Source of the DNA: Heterodontus francisci
Lineage: Eukaryota
Length of the DNA stretch: 64,000 bases
Direction: 5' to 3'
Assembly: GCF_036365525.1 (NCBI RefSeq)
Contig: NC_090372.1
Span: forward strand, 17,013,630-17,077,629
Below, piece by piece: positions 22,903-36,984 of this stretch (position 1 is its first letter; every line of letters begins with the position of its first letter). The translations under genes and the position numbers were made by a program. The notes under the pieces are model-generated. The model did no database searches, was not told the DNA's origin, and saw only the letters and a program-made list of their open reading frames with translations.

Positions 22903-24464
22903 TAGAACATTACAGCGCAGTACAGGCCCTTCGGCCCTCGATGTTGCGCCGACCTGTGAAACCATCTGACCTACACTATTCCATTTTCATCCATATGTCT
23001 ATCCAATGACCACTTAAATGCCCTTAAAGTTGGCGAGTCTACTACTGTTGCAGGCAGGGCGTTCCACGCCCCTACTACTCTCTGCGTAAAGAAACTACCT
23101 CTGACATCTGTCCTATATCTTTCACCCCTCAACTTAAAGCTATGTCCCCTCATGTTTGCCATCATCATCCGAGGAAAAAGACTCTCACTATCCACCCTAT
23201 CTAACCCTCTGATTATCTTGTATGTCTCTATTAAGTCACCTCTCCTCCTCCTTCTCTCTAACGAAAACAACCCCAAGTCCCTCAGCCTTTCCTCGTAAGA
23301 CCTTCCCTCCATACCAGGCAACATCCTAGTAAATCTCCTCTGCACCCTTTCCAAAGCTTCCACATCCTTCCTATAATGCGGTGACCAGAACTGCACGCAA
23401 TACTCAAGGTGCGGCCTCACCAGAGTTTTGTACAGCTGCATCATGACCTCGTGGCTCCGAAACTCGATCCCCCTACTAATAAAAGCTAACACACCATATG
23501 CCTTCTTAACAGCCCTATTAACCTGGGTAGCAACTTTCAGGGATTTATGTACCTGGACACCAAGATCTCTCTGCTCATCTACACTACCAAGAATCTTCCC
23601 ATTAGCCCAGTACTCTGCATTGCTGTTACTCCTTCCAAAGTGAATCACCTCACACTTCTCCGCATTAAACTCCATTTGCCATCTCTCAGCCCAGCTCTGC
23701 AGCCTATCTATGTCCCTCTGTACCCTACAACACCCTTCGACACTATCCACAACTCCACCGACCTTCGTGTCATCCGCAAATTTACTAACCCACCCTTCTA
23801 CACCCTCATCCAGGTCATTTATAAAAATGACAAACAGCAGTGGCCCCAAAACAGAACCTTGCGGTACACCACTAGTAACTAAACTCCAGGATGAACATTT
23901 GCCATCAACCACCACCCTCTGTCTTCTTTCAGCTAGCCAATTTCTGATCCAAAGCTCTAAATCACCTTCAACCCCATACTTCCATATTTTCTGCAATAGC
24001 CTACCGTTGGGAACCTTATCAAACGCCTTACTGAAATCCATATACACCACATCCACTGCTTTACCCTCATCCACCTGTTTGGTCACCTTCTCGAAAAACT
24101 CAATAAGGTTTGTGAGGCACGACCTACCTTTCACAAAACCGTGCTGACTATCGCAAATGAACTTATTCTTTTCAAGATGATTATAAATCCTATCTCTTAT
24201 AACCTTTTCCAACATTTTACCCACAACCGAAGTAAGGCTCACAGGTCTATAATTACCAGGGCTGTCTCTACTCCCCTTCTTGAACAAGGGGACAACACTT
24301 GCTATCCTCCAGTCTTCCGGCACTACTCCTGTCAACAATGACAACATAAAGATCAACAACAACAGCTCTGCAATCTCCTCCCTGGCTTCCCAGAGAATCC
24401 TAGGATAAATCCCATCTGGCCCAGGGGACTTATCTATTTTCACACTTTCCAAAATTGCTAACAA
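22903..24464 (-). mobile_element. Young 5'-truncated CR1 LINE with uninterrupted reverse transcriptase frame
   Basis: 497 codons without stop: KSPGPDG, NYRPVSLTS, QHGF, DFSKAFD, GVPQGSVLGP, FADD, RPHLEYCVQFW. Endonuclease domain absent; short 3' UTR and A-tract at ~22893-22903. Confidence 0.95.
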
Positions 24465-24745
24465 TTGATCACGCGGTCATGTTTAAAGATGCAACAATCT
24501 TCTTGGATGGGTGTGAAATTTTTTACAGCATGGTGGCACTGTAAAAATTGTGATCTGTACTGAACATAGCTCATTTCTTTAGTATTTCTTAACATTTATA
24601 TAAAAAGGTTTTGACGAATGCAAAGAAAACTAAGATATGTCCACTTTTTGATACACATGTGCTTTATTTATATGATTATATAGACATCAAGATCAAAGAG
24701 TTTGTCAACATTTGCCAATGAATTCTCCAAACTGGTTGACTAATT

Positions 24746-25196
24746 GGGCTGAATTTTACGTCCCCCCATAAAGAGCGGGAAGGTGGCAGGGGGTGGGGGG
24801 GCAGCGTAAAATGGAGCAGGAGGCTCGGGGGTGAAAAACGGCCCGCCTGCCCCAGGCCAATCAAGGCCGTTAAGTGGCCAGTTACCTTTTCCCGGGGCCG
24901 TCTTTCATCTTCCTTCCGATGGCTGGGTTGCAGTCCCAGCAGTGGCCACCGCTCCCAGTGGCGCTGCTGGGACAGAGAGCTGCCGGCCCGCTGATTGGCC
25001 GGCAGCTCCATTAGGCGGGACCTCCACTTCATTGAGGGACTTCCTGCCTCAATGAAGTGGAAGTCCCGCCTCAGACCAATTAAAGGCCTGGGAACCACAA
25101 AATGCAGTCCGGATCCCCAGGCCAGGCGGAGATGGGTCCGCCACCAACTTTTCAGTTGGTGGACGGCTCCCGTCTGCCGACGGTAAAATTCAGCCC
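24746..25196. mobile_element. PIF/Harbinger-type MITE
   Basis: Perfect 14-bp TIRs GGGCTGAATTTTAC / GTAAAATTCAGCCC; TSD ATT on both sides. Confidence 0.92.
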
Positions 25197-27489
25197 ATTA
25201 AGTGTCAAAATCGGTTGCTAAAATGATTAGCTTGTGTTTAAAAGGTTTGACAGATCCTTCAAGCCAGTGGCTAAACTGATTCACAAATTTAGTTTGATAA
25301 AAGTATTTATTGACAATAACTACAGTTTCAAAGCTCGTTGACTTAAATAAATTATGCTTGTAAAGAGGCTGGTTTAATAGCTGTCACTAAACTGAAAACT
25401 TGGTGACAAAAAAAGACCCATGTTATTAATTTCATTGTGACGTACCATGAATGCAAGGCACAGATGAGAGCAAAGGCAACACAAAAAGTGACAGATTTCT
25501 GCTTTAGAAAAAATGCTGTTAGCTGCTGATGCAAGAGCAAAATACTGCGGATGCTGGACAAGGTCATCGATCTGAAATGTTAACTTTGTTTCTCTCGCCA
25601 CAGATATGGCCTGACCTGCTGAATATTTCCAGCATTTTCTGTTTCCATTATCCACTGACCCTGCTCATGATCTGAAGAGTTACGAGTAAAAGCAAGCTGC
25701 AGATTGTCGAGCTGATGAATTCAGCATGGTTCTTTCAAGAAGTGCAGTGTTAAATTCTCACCACATTCAAGACATGCAGTGAAAAACAGCCTGCTATGTA
25801 TCTCCCATTTAACACAAGCACACACACACACAAACACTCTCTTTCAGTCTTGTGCCTTTAGCTTTTGCAGTGAGTGTTATATTTAAATTGCTAGAAAACA
25901 AAACTAGAATATTTTTCCACTTCATGGAATTAGAATTCTTCCCAATTCACATTCGTAAAACTCTGGAATTCAATCTCTCCATTTTAATACAGTTTTGTTG
26001 TGTTGGCAATGAAAAGTTTTGAAGAATTCAGTACCTGGTATGCACACTACAATCACTTCTACTCCCTAGCTCTTGCAAGACCTAAACTTTTAAGGAGACA
26101 ACAATGTAAATTCTTCACCAAATTTTACATAATAGATGTAATAAAGAACACTTATAAAAAGGAAAAAAACACAATTTATTTTCTTAAATGAAATACAGAA
26201 TGAAGCTAAAATACAAAAATCACCCAGAAGTAGTCAATTATTATTTAAGATTTATGTTCTCAAGTGTGAGCCTTAAAATAAGTTTCCCCAGTTACACTCA
26301 ACACGTTATCGCAAAAGTTTGCATTTCTGAAGCAAAACCAGTTTTCATCATAGGAAAATGTATGATATTTTAGTTTACATAACACAAACATTGGATTCTT
26401 TTTATCCCATTTGAAAAGTGCAGCAACATTTCTTCATTGTGTACAATAATGTAACATTTTTATAAAATTTTATTTGTACCAACACATTTCATAGCAGTAT
26501 GCATTGCTCTGTCTGCAACTCTGTACAAATTTTATAAAAAGTTAACCAAAACATTTGAGAGTAAGTAGTTAAGAGAGGTAATTTAGGAGTTGAGCTGAGT
26601 ATTTTGATACCAAAACACTACTCAAAAAAACCAGATGCCATGTAGTTTTCAGTATCACTGTGCAGAAAACTGTAAAGTCTTTTAAAAAAGATATAAATAC
26701 TCTAAAAATATACACCATAGTTATAATTTGCATATCCAAAAATCTTTCACAACTGTACTGCAACCTCATCCAACTATTACAATTCACAAAGATACTGCAT
26801 GCAACAGATTGGCTTCCGAAAACATCGAGCTTTGTTTGGAGTGAACAGATACAGATAGTTGCCCACGCTATCCCAGCACATTCACCTACGATGAAATTAC
26901 TGATAAATGAATCGCGGAGAAACTCGTGTTCTTATCTTGGCCACGACTGCCCGACTCTCGTTCACAGCTGTGTCTAAGCAGCCCTGGAGAGGGAGCACAT
27001 GGTGTCCGCCAGTACACTTGAGGTCACCTGTGACCTGTGGGCACTGGAAGGAGGGCTGTAGCGCCCAGACTGACCCAGCCAATAGCGTGATAATTTAATA
27101 AACTTTTTCTAGTTTTTGATATATTGATCAATTGGGATTCCTTTTGTCTGTGCCCCTTTAAAAAGAGAGCACATTTGTTATTTGTATTGTTATTGGTGAC
27201 AGTCAATCAGAAAAGTGGAGAAACTGGTACCAAGTGGTAAAAAACTCAATCTAACTGGCCAGATAAATGTACTCTTATTATGCTGCAGTTTGGGAGTAAA
27301 GTTATCAGAAATCGCTTATAAACCAAAGTGGATTACCTGCAAACTGGTCAGAACCAAATGAAACTAAACCTGCACACTGTATGGTTTCATGATGTTTTGG
27401 GAATGGATGAGTTTTTCGAATATTACTACTAAAAGTCAGTTTGGGTTCTGAATTGCTGCACAGTTAATTATGAAATTATAAAAGATTTA

Positions 27490-29660
27490 ATTGATTATAT
27501 ATAGTATTGTATAGTGCTGAAACAGGCCCAATGGGTCCAGGAGTGTTGGTGCTCCACACAAACCTCTTCCCCAACCTTCTTCATCTAACTCCATCATTTC
27601 CTATTCTTTCTTCCTCATTTGTTTATTCCCCTTAAATCCATCTATGCTATTCGTCTCAATTACTCTTTGTGGTAGCAAGTTCCACATTCTAATCATTCTC
27701 TGGGTAAAGATGTTTCTCCTGAATTCCCTATTGGATTTATCAATGACTATCTTATTTTCATGGCCCTGAGTTCTGGCCTCACCCACAACATCTTCCATAT
27801 ATTTATCCATTCAAACCTTTTCATAATCTTAAAGACCTCTAACAGTCTTCTCTTTTCTAGAGAAATGAGCTCCAACCTGTTCAATCTCACAGCTCTTTTC
27901 ATTCTAGTAAATCTTTTTTGCACCTTCTCCAGGACCTCGGTATCCTTTATATGAGATGGAGACCAGAACTGTTTGCAGCACTCCAAGTGTGGTCTCACCA
28001 AGGTTTTATATATGTTTAACATAACTTCTCTACTTTTCAATTTAATCCCTCTAGAATCCAACCTCAGTGCTTTCTTTGTTTTTTTATGGCCTTATTAACC
28101 TGGGTTGCGATTTTCAGTGATTTGTGTATCGGTACCCTAGATCCCTCTGTTCCTCTATCCCATTCAGAGACTTTATTATCCAAGCAATATGTAACCTTCT
28201 TATTCTTCCTAACAAAATGTACCCACCTCACACTTACCGATGTTGAAGCTCATTTGCCAATTACATGCCATTCTGCAAGTTTATTAACATCTTTCTGCAT
28301 TTTGTCACAGTTCTCCTCTGTATTAACTGCAAGCCCATATTTGGGGCTGAATTTTACTAGCCCTCCAATGTCGGGGGTCGTGGTTGAGGGGGTGGGTGGG
28401 GTGGGGGGGGTGGGGAGGCCTGGAAAATTCTTCTGGGAGAGGCCTGCCGTGACACCCGACACCAAGAAGGCCCCGCCGCATTTTACCGGCTGCAGCGAGG
28501 CCTCAGTGCACACCTGTTCGGAGTTCCGAGGTATGACACTGGTGGAGAGGGGTGGGGGGAGGAGTGAAATTATCATGCCGGGGGTGGGAAGCGGGGAAAA
28601 CACTTTGTATTGGCTGAGGGGATGGTGGGACGGGGTTGAAGGGCAAAGTTAACGAGGTTGGGGGGGGGGGGGTGTGTTCGGGTTGGGAATAAAGTTTATT
28701 TCGGTTCGATAAACACTGTGGGGTGGATGGGAAAGGGCCTCCAGCTTTTATTTAATTTTTTTTAAGGACAATGTCGAATAATTAAAAATTCAAATGTCTT
28801 CCAAAGGCTTAAAGCCCTTTAAAAATGGCGGCAGATGCCGTTGCCGGGGACGGAGCGGCTGCCCCCTCCATGTCATCGCGGCCGGAAATTTCGCGCGGGC
28901 GGGCCACTGAGATCAGAGTGCACCGCCGCGATTTGCAGCGCGCCAGTAAAATTTAGGCCTTCGTGTCATCTGCAAATTTTGAAATTGTGCTTTCTGAATC
29001 TAAATCGTTTATGTGAACAATGACGAGCAGTGATCCCAGCACCGATCCTTATTGAATTGATTCCTGGGATGGCAGGATTGGCATATGAGTAGAGATTGGG
29101 TCGACTAGGCCTATATTGACTAGAGTTTAGAAGAATGAGAAATGATCTCATAGAAACCTCTGAAATTGTAACAGGACTAGACAGGCTAGATGCAGGGAGG
29201 ATGTTCCCAATGCTGGGCAGTCTAGAACCAGGGGTCACAGTCTCAGGATACAGGGATTTAGAACCAAGATGAGGAGAACTTTCTTCACTCAGAGGGTGGT
29301 GAACCTGTGGAATTCTCTACCGCAAAAGGCAGTGGAGGCCAAGTCATTAAATATATTCAAGAAGGAGATAGATATATTTCTTAATGTCAAAGGGATCAAG
29401 GGATATGGGGAGAAAGTGGGAACAGGGTATTGAATTAGACAATCAGCCATGATCTTTATTGAATGGTGCAGCAGGCCCAAAGGGCCGAATGGCCTACTCC
29501 TGCTCCTATTTTCTATGTTTCTATGAATACCACACCTCACCCATTGCCGATCTGAGTAACTACCTTTAACCCCTACCCTCTGTTTTCTGTTTTGTAGCTT
29601 GCTATCAATTCTGCTACTTGTCTCCTGATTCCACATGCTCTGACCTTAGTCACGGGTCTA
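27490..29660 (-). mobile_element. Old CR1 LINE split by a MITE (28344-28959) and an opposite-strand CR1 3' end (~29050-29525)
   Basis: KSREVMLNIYKTLVRPHLECCKQFWSP motif; RT sequence (GTGTCATCTGCAAATTT, reverse of KFADDT) resumes right after the MITE. Confidence 0.8.
28344..28959. mobile_element. PIF/Harbinger-type MITE nested in CR1
   Basis: GGGCTGAATTTTACT / AGTAAAATTTAGGCC termini; flanks TTG/TTC; internally similar to 14588-15306. Confidence 0.8.
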
Positions 29661-30607
29661 TAATTATTGCATTTTGGAGCATCTCATTCAAGTACTGTAA
29701 AAATCCTTCAATATAACAGAGCTAATTTAATTCTCTCAAACACCTGAAATCCACAACAGATTCAGAACCTGTAAAGTAGATTGTAGTCAGCTTAATAATA
29801 CAAACACACGGACAAAAAGTGTTGGGGTGGGGGGTGTGGGGGGAGATTCGAAACATTAACCCAACATTGTAATGGTTTCATCTACAGGTTGTAAAAGCAC
29901 ATTAAAAAGATAAAATAAACTACACTACACATTAACCAGTTTGTTGCCAGGTCTGTCAAGGACAGGTTATCTTGTCTTTTAAAAACTCAATCCCTCGAGG
30001 CTAGGGAGGGAAAGGAGGGAAATAACATTCCTACTCTTGGTTTTGCTGGAGATACACCCATGGTTTGATCATTGTGCAAGGAGGGTTGTGTTGAACTGTG
30101 ATGCCTCTCCCAGTCCAGCAGTTTACTGAAGCTCATCACCTACATGAATAGTAGCTACTTCAGTAAGGCAACATTTGTAGAAATGTACTCCAGCAAGTGT
30201 CAACGACTGAAAAATACCAGGGAGAAAATTTCAGGGCTGCAATAAACATAAGTTTTAAAATACTACCCTGCTTTTCTCTTCTGCTAGTTGCATTTCCATC
30301 CTATCCTTCTTGACCAGGAGTGTAGACATTCCCAGTGACTATCATGGCACTCCCTCCATTTCATCACATGACCCACTCTAGTGTGTCAAAACTCACAATT
30401 TAAATACAAAGTCAAAACCACTTTGCCAGCAGACTGCCACTCAAAAAAGTCTTCGATAAAACAATAACTAAAATGCGGTTCTGGAGCTTCAACAACCTAG
30501 AATAAAACAAGTGGAAAACTGACCCATTAATATGTACATAGCATTTTACTGTGAGCTTCATGACATGAATTGTTTTCCACTGGCTCTACAGGATCATAAT
30601 ATTAACT

Positions 30608-30875
30608 TTATTTTTTATTTATTTAGAGATACAGCACTGAAACAGGCCCTTCGGCCCACCAAGTCTGTGCCGACCAACAACCACCCATTTATACTAACCC
30701 TACAGTAATCCCATATGCCCTAACACCTACCTACACTAGGGGCAATTTTTTTATAACAGCCAATTTACCTATCACCTGCAAGTCTTTGGCGGTGGGAGGA
30801 AACCGGAGCACCCGGCGAAAACCCACGCAGACACAGGGAGAACTTGCAAACTCCGCACAGACAGTACCCAGAATT
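30608..30875 (-). mobile_element. HE1-like V-SINE, 5'-truncated
   Basis: V-domain GGAGTTTGCAAGTTCTCCCTGTGTCTGCGTGGGTTT...CCGGTTTCCTCCC and (TAAA)n tail; matches the copy at 55999. Confidence 0.85.
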
Positions 30876-32908
30876 AAAATATATGTAACAGAATGATAAC
30901 ACTCTAGACAGACACAAACATGCAGTTCTGAGTGAACTGTGGACTTGAGAAATGCTGTCAATTGGCTAATAAAGTAATACATCTGTAAACCAGTTTCAAT
31001 TCGCAAATAAAAGGCGCTGCAAGAATGAGAATAAAGCCTTCAGGTTTCACTCCCATGCAGCATAAAATAGAACTTATAAAGTCTACTTCTGGTAATTCAT
31101 CCTTCACTCCCTTCCCCCTTCACTGCACCACCCCCCCCCCCCCCCCCCCCCCAGCCTTACAGAACTATACACCTTTCTCAAAATCTCTAAGATCTCTGAC
31201 ATTCCCCAGTAATCCAGCTGAGAAGCTGGGTGACCACTTGCCTAATTTTCCTTCTGAACTTCCCCAAAAATTGAAAATTAGCTCCTTGCAGAATGGAGGA
31301 GTAAACCTGCATCCTATCACTATATAATTACACTTCATTGCCTCCCAACAATCTTTTTATGTTTCCCTTTAGTGCATTTCCTTCATTATTGGACTTCCCT
31401 TTTTAGTTTTCCCAAAATTTTCACTTGGAATTAATGGCTGAAATTTTTATTGATTCAGTAACATACCCAGCATTGCTAGGCTGATACTAAACAGAGTCCT
31501 CCCCACACCAATTGAAGTTACATAGAGAAATCACATGGTGTTACAACTGTAAGAAAATCACCACTAACAATGAAACTATAAACAACGATATCAAATATTT
31601 GCATTAGAGCAACAGTAAATTACCAAAACACCTTCCTTTGCTTAAATGTGCAGCAAAACCCTACAATGAACAGACAATAATATTTTTCAGAGAACAAAAG
31701 AACAGATACAAATAGAATATTTCCATATACTTTTTGACCCAAGATTATTATTTTTTCACCTACACTTCACACTGCCAAATAAAACTACAGAATGTAAACA
31801 GAATAGCTGGCATCAACTTTAAAGTAGTAATCTGTCTCAAGATTTTTATAATATTGTTAACTGATTCACAGTTTGTTCTTGTGGTTAACCTATACAGAAG
31901 TCGCGCCTGAATTATCGTCTTGTAGTTCACTGCTATACACACACCTGTAAAAATGCCACGGATCCATTTTCTCTTCCAGCCCATTCCTTCTTATTGAATA
32001 AGCCTTTTATAAGAGGCTTTCTTATCTTCCAGTCTCAAAGGGTCAATGCCCAAAAGTTCACTCACCCTTATTATTTTCAATTGATATGATAGCATTGTTT
32101 ATAATCCATTATAATGTATTCTCATTTTATTTTTTAATATGTCTATATCACTGCTCTTGTGATAAAGTTCCTGCGACTATTTGTTGAAAGTTTCAATGTA
32201 ACAAAACAATTTGAAATTGCTCGGGATATAAAGTGAAATATCAGAACTCATCAAGACATGATGGTTATAAAGAATTCCACCATATAATGCCATTGGAAAT
32301 TAAGCATTTTGTCCTGCAAGAAACTTGGCCTTTAAAAATAAATTTACCATCACACGATGAGTCAAGTTAAAGGGATGGTGTGATAATGGTGAAGTATAGT
32401 AAAATGAGAACACAATGACACGATCAATGTAGTATTTGTGTCAATTATATCCAGGGGCACAAATTCATTTTCTGTACTAAAAATCAGATATCGCACCTGT
32501 TGCCCTGAGGCATCTGGCAAAAGCAGTCTGCAGCAGAACTTCCATAGCAAGTTACTTCACATAATGAATTTTCCTGAGAATTTTCTATTTCAAACATTTG
32601 CAAAAGGATGGAGAGTCAAAACAAATTTCAATTTATATTTGAGAAGCTACAGAGTACCAGCGGTCAGGTTAATGTATCACTTCAGCGGGTTAATGATAGT
32701 TGGATCTATACGGATGGGGGGTAATTTCACAAGTCTGCATTCTGAGTCAGGAACCTCACTAGCGTACAATCTTATAAAATTACTCTGACAAAGCCACACA
32801 AAGACTGCATCGGTATTCTATCCAAATTGTTCACCTACCTCCTTTACAAATCCCAACTTCAAGGTGTATAAGCAGAAATGCACCTTTTACAAAATGTATA
32901 AAACTTAG

Positions 32909-32910
<2 letters not shown>

Positions 32911-32954
<44 letters not shown>
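32911..32954. repeat. (TA)n microsatellite
   Basis: About 22 uninterrupted TA units. Confidence 0.98.
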
Positions 32955-32955
<1 letters not shown>

Positions 32956-33749
32956 CTTCCCGTCTATAACTAATAGTTTATATATGAATTTGTTCAATTC
33001 ATCTCAATCATTTCAACAGCAAAAATTACAGTTATACAAGAGGCTACTGGCACATATGTAAGTAAACATTTTGAAACAGGGAAAATGTATCCAATGTATC
33101 CATAATCACAGCACTAACCTCTACTGAATCAACAGAATATGTCTAGTTATATTTAACTTGAGTGTTATGTCTTTCCATTATATCACTGCTGAGTAAGAGG
33201 TTGGCAATTTCACATGGATGTGGGGAATAAATAAATAGGGTCATTGGATAAATATATTCCTGCACCATCTTACCAACCTCTCAGTAGCTGTTTCAAGCAG
33301 TGTTTGTGGTCCCCTTGAAGCAAGTCATGATTAACCTCAATTTTTATTTCCAAACTGTCTGAAAGTGAGTGCGATATTATGATGGAGCTGCTTTGGAGCT
33401 GAAGTTCCATGTAAAAAATTGCTGAAGAAAGAAAACGAAAGTAAGACTTGCATTTATATAGTGCCTTTCATGACCACCAGACTTCTCAAAGCGCTTGACA
33501 AAGTACTTTTGAAGTGTAGTCTCTGTAGTAGGAAAAACAGCAGCCAATTTGCACCCAGCAAGCTCCCACAAACAGCAAGATGATAATGACCAGATAATCT
33601 GTTTTTGCAACTCAGAGGTGAGCATGCTATCAACGGAGCTACGGCTGACACATAAACACATATTAATTAAAACATATCTAAGGCACCCGGAGTTAATGAT
33701 TCCAGTTATAGGCATCAATCAGGAAGATGAAGTCATCAACAATTTAAAG

Positions 33750-34341
33750 CAGGGTGTCAAACACATGGCCCACGGTGAGTGGGGAACAAAGTGATGGGAA
33801 ACTGAGGATTTTTCCTGGGGAGCTGCAGGCCCTGATTTTACATCACAAGCTGCAATACATAGAGGAGTTGGAGAAGAGCTGAATACAGGCTGGCAGCAGA
33901 CTCTGTCGTACTGTGAGGAGCGCTCCTCCTCCTCCATGCTCCACAAAAAGGGGAAATAACTAAGAATATACCCTAGCATTTCTTCAGTGGCCCGTTGGAA
34001 GGCCGCTGTAGAACTGTAAAGTTTAGTTGGAGCATGCACAGCGTACGCTGCACCTGATCTGCCGTGTATTTTGCACAAGGGTCCTCTAACAGGCAAGAGA
34101 CCTTTCATTGCGTATTTACATTGATCCAACGCTGTTTTCAGGCAGTTGCTGGTTCATTTAATATGACACAAGCAGATTAAATGCAGGACCTCACACCTAG
34201 AAATTAGTATACGTTGAATTCATTTTACGCTCAAAAGACAGGAAAACGCATACTAATTTTTAAGTTCGGTTGATTGTGGACAATGACAAGTGCCAGGATG
34301 TCAGACCAGGCCAACCATGTTAACTGAGTTTGACACCCCTG
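33750..34341. mobile_element. hAT (Charlie-like) non-autonomous DNA transposon
   Basis: TIRs CAGGGTGTCAAAC / GTTTGACACCCCTG; 8-bp flanks ATTTAAAG / ATTTAGAT (6/8 match). Confidence 0.75.
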
Positions 34342-34896
34342 ATTTAGATAAAAGGACACCAAATAAAAATAACTGATGGTAAATCATCTTTAAATCAGCC
34401 TACAGCCGGTGTTCATGAAATGACAAGAAAACCATTATGATTACAGGAGATTTTCTTCCCTTCTCCCTCATTAGCCTTACATATCTACTCATAACTTAGC
34501 TTGTCCTGCCAGTTAATGCACTTCAACTGTACAGAAATAACAGTTCTCTTTTTCATTAAAGTCAAAATTAAACCAGTAGGTGCAGCCCAAGGGCCCAAAT
34601 GAAAGCATTATTTAAGAATTAGGTAGCAACTGCAGTCTCCCAGGCAGGAACTTAACTGATCTGCAGCTTCTGAATGCACAAAGATTATACCTTTCCATAT
34701 TCCCATCCAGAATTTATTCCACAAAATTAGCGTCATGAGGTTACAGTATTCTCTAACCCCAAGATTGAAGGAGTTGGCAGTTCTTGCTTCAAACTGGCTG
34801 TAGGTTGGTAAAGAAACTGAAAGCTAATATGAGGCAAATATATCTTGCTGTTTGTGTTATTAAGACATCGCCTGAATTTTGAACAGCTACTCAAGT

Positions 34897-35594
34897 TTAT
34901 ATGTACGAAAGGTCAGATTTCATTGGCACCATCTCAGGGGATGTAGCATGTTCCTGCACTGTAGAAATCCCCGGAGATTTTGTATATTCTGGTCGTGTTG
35001 CTTGTATCTCTCGGTAAGCCAAAACTCCAAGCACTACACTGGCAATGTAAACAATTATCAGCATCATGGCAAAGATAGAAACTGCAACTTCTGTGCCTAA
35101 TATGGCACATTTCACTGAGCTGTAGCCATGTCGATTGTAGAGCGACTCCCTCTGCTTGCACACATCAGTGGCATTAGTTTTATGAATGAAGTGAAGGTAC
35201 AAAGCCACTCCTATGATGTAGGCCACAGCTGCAAGAGCCTTTGCTACACATTCCATAATCAGGAAGTTTGAGAATTTACTGTTCTGCATGGAGGATCTGT
35301 TGTGCTGCATTACCCATCCGACAACAAGAAAGGCCACAGCAAAAGCAAACAGAAGAACACTAAGCCCTACTGCACAGTACACGGTGACCGACTTCTTGTT
35401 GTTGTACCATACGTCTAGTTCACCGACCTGCTGTATTTCGTGATTTAGAAATCCACTGTTGGCATAACCCATGTTGTAATAATAGGTACTCCCGAAGCCT
35501 CCAACACTAGCGAAGCCTGCAGAGGCACTTTGGGTTGCTGCAGCACAGATCAGCACCACCAGGTTGAGAATGATTTCAAACATCTGCAACAATC
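34897..35594 (-). CDS. MARVELD3-like: MARVELD3-like, proximal alternative terminal exon (MARVEL domain; isoform ~360 aa)
   Basis: GLLQMFEIILNLVVLIC, YYYNMGYANSGF and VCKQRESLYNRHGYSSVKC resemble the other MARVELD3 isoform (QMLEVLLNLLILAC, YYYQFGGAYSGF, VCKERQALYQSKGYSGFGC). Acceptor TTGCAG at 35596-35595, phase 1; AATAAA at 34718-34713. Confidence 0.9.
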
Positions 35595-36984
35595 CTGCAA
35601 CAACCAGATTGAGGAAGCTGTTAATGGGAAAATACAGCACACTCAGTCCAACACCTCACCAGAACAGACCAATAGAGGATACAGGAACGATGGTGGAGAC
35701 AGAAACTCTCAATTCTTTTAAAAGGTACCTGGACATGCACCTGAGGTGCTGTAACCAGCAAGGCTGTGGATCAGGTGCTGGAAGGTGGGATTAGATTGGG
35801 CAGCTAGTTTTTTCAGCTGGCACAGACACGATGGGCTGAATGGCCTCCTTCTGTGCCGTAATTTTTCTATGGTTCTATAATGGAGGACCACTGAGTGTGT
35901 AAGAGAGTCAGTCCATAACTAGGCTGTATTATACAGATAAGGAAGAATTTCAATAGAAGTACTAGAATACACAGTAGTTAGAAATTACTACAAAGATTAG
36001 ATGCTCATTGTGCTTTTAATAGATAAACCTACGGTTCAAGCAATAATGTTATAGCGTAGATGTCACACAGCATTTAAAATGCATGCTTTTCGTGTATGTA
36101 TGTTGTATTTTTGATATTCTAACATGATACTAATGAAATCTGATATTTTGATTGCCTTTATCGCGTACATTGGTACCTTTTAAGTTCAATTGAACAAAGC
36201 AAGATATAGTTTACCTGACCTACAGGTTCATTTATCTGTTCATTCATTGGGGTATAATTCCGTTCAGGACTGGGAGACATTGTAACAAAAAAAACTGCAC
36301 ATGCTGGAAATCCAAAACAAGAACTGAAAAATGCTGGAGACACACAGCAGGTCAGGCAGTCTCCATGGACAGAACAGACCAGTAAATATTTCAGCATGGA
36401 CCTTTCACAAAAACTGTCTTGACAAATGGTACTCTATCCCAAACCATTAACAGATCTTTTCTTCCCTGCCTGACCCGCTGATTGTTTCTAGCATTTTCAG
36501 TTCTAAAAACTGTATACATTGGTATATTCAAATCCAGATCATGAACATAGTTCAGGTTAGACTGGAAAAACGCAAAGTATTGCTATTTTGGAACTGCAGT
36601 TTTCATTCCTAGACAGCTCTTGCTGCTTTGCTATTACTGTGCAGGTCCATGGCAGCTTCTAATCTGCCTTGTCCCTTCAGCTCCTATTGCACTGCAACAA
36701 ACGTTAACAGGCTTCCCACCCGCCAGTGCTTAAAGAGAGCTCAAAGTTTGACGGCTTTAATTAATGTGGCTTCCGCTATAAAATCAGTGTAAACTACAAC
36801 TGGCACAAATATGCTGACCAAGTCATCTCCTTCCCTGATAGGACCCCATTCAGCGGGTATGAATCTACTTCTGTTGACCATTATCTCTCTTACCAGAACT
36901 AGTAGGCCTTTATGCAAAATACAGCACATCATCTTATTCATTATTGTGGTATCTGTCTTCAATATGATTAATATTATTACTACT

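Noticed and set aside
22971-24464. Host reverse transcriptase or TERT
   Set aside because: Motifs and 3' end are CR1-type; it is 5'-truncated, intronless and has no real start codon.
21364-35640. Two independent single-exon MARVEL genes, as the ORF track suggests
   Set aside because: The ORF-track starts are in intronic sequence; both exons have phase-1 acceptors matching the one upstream exon ending at 46634.
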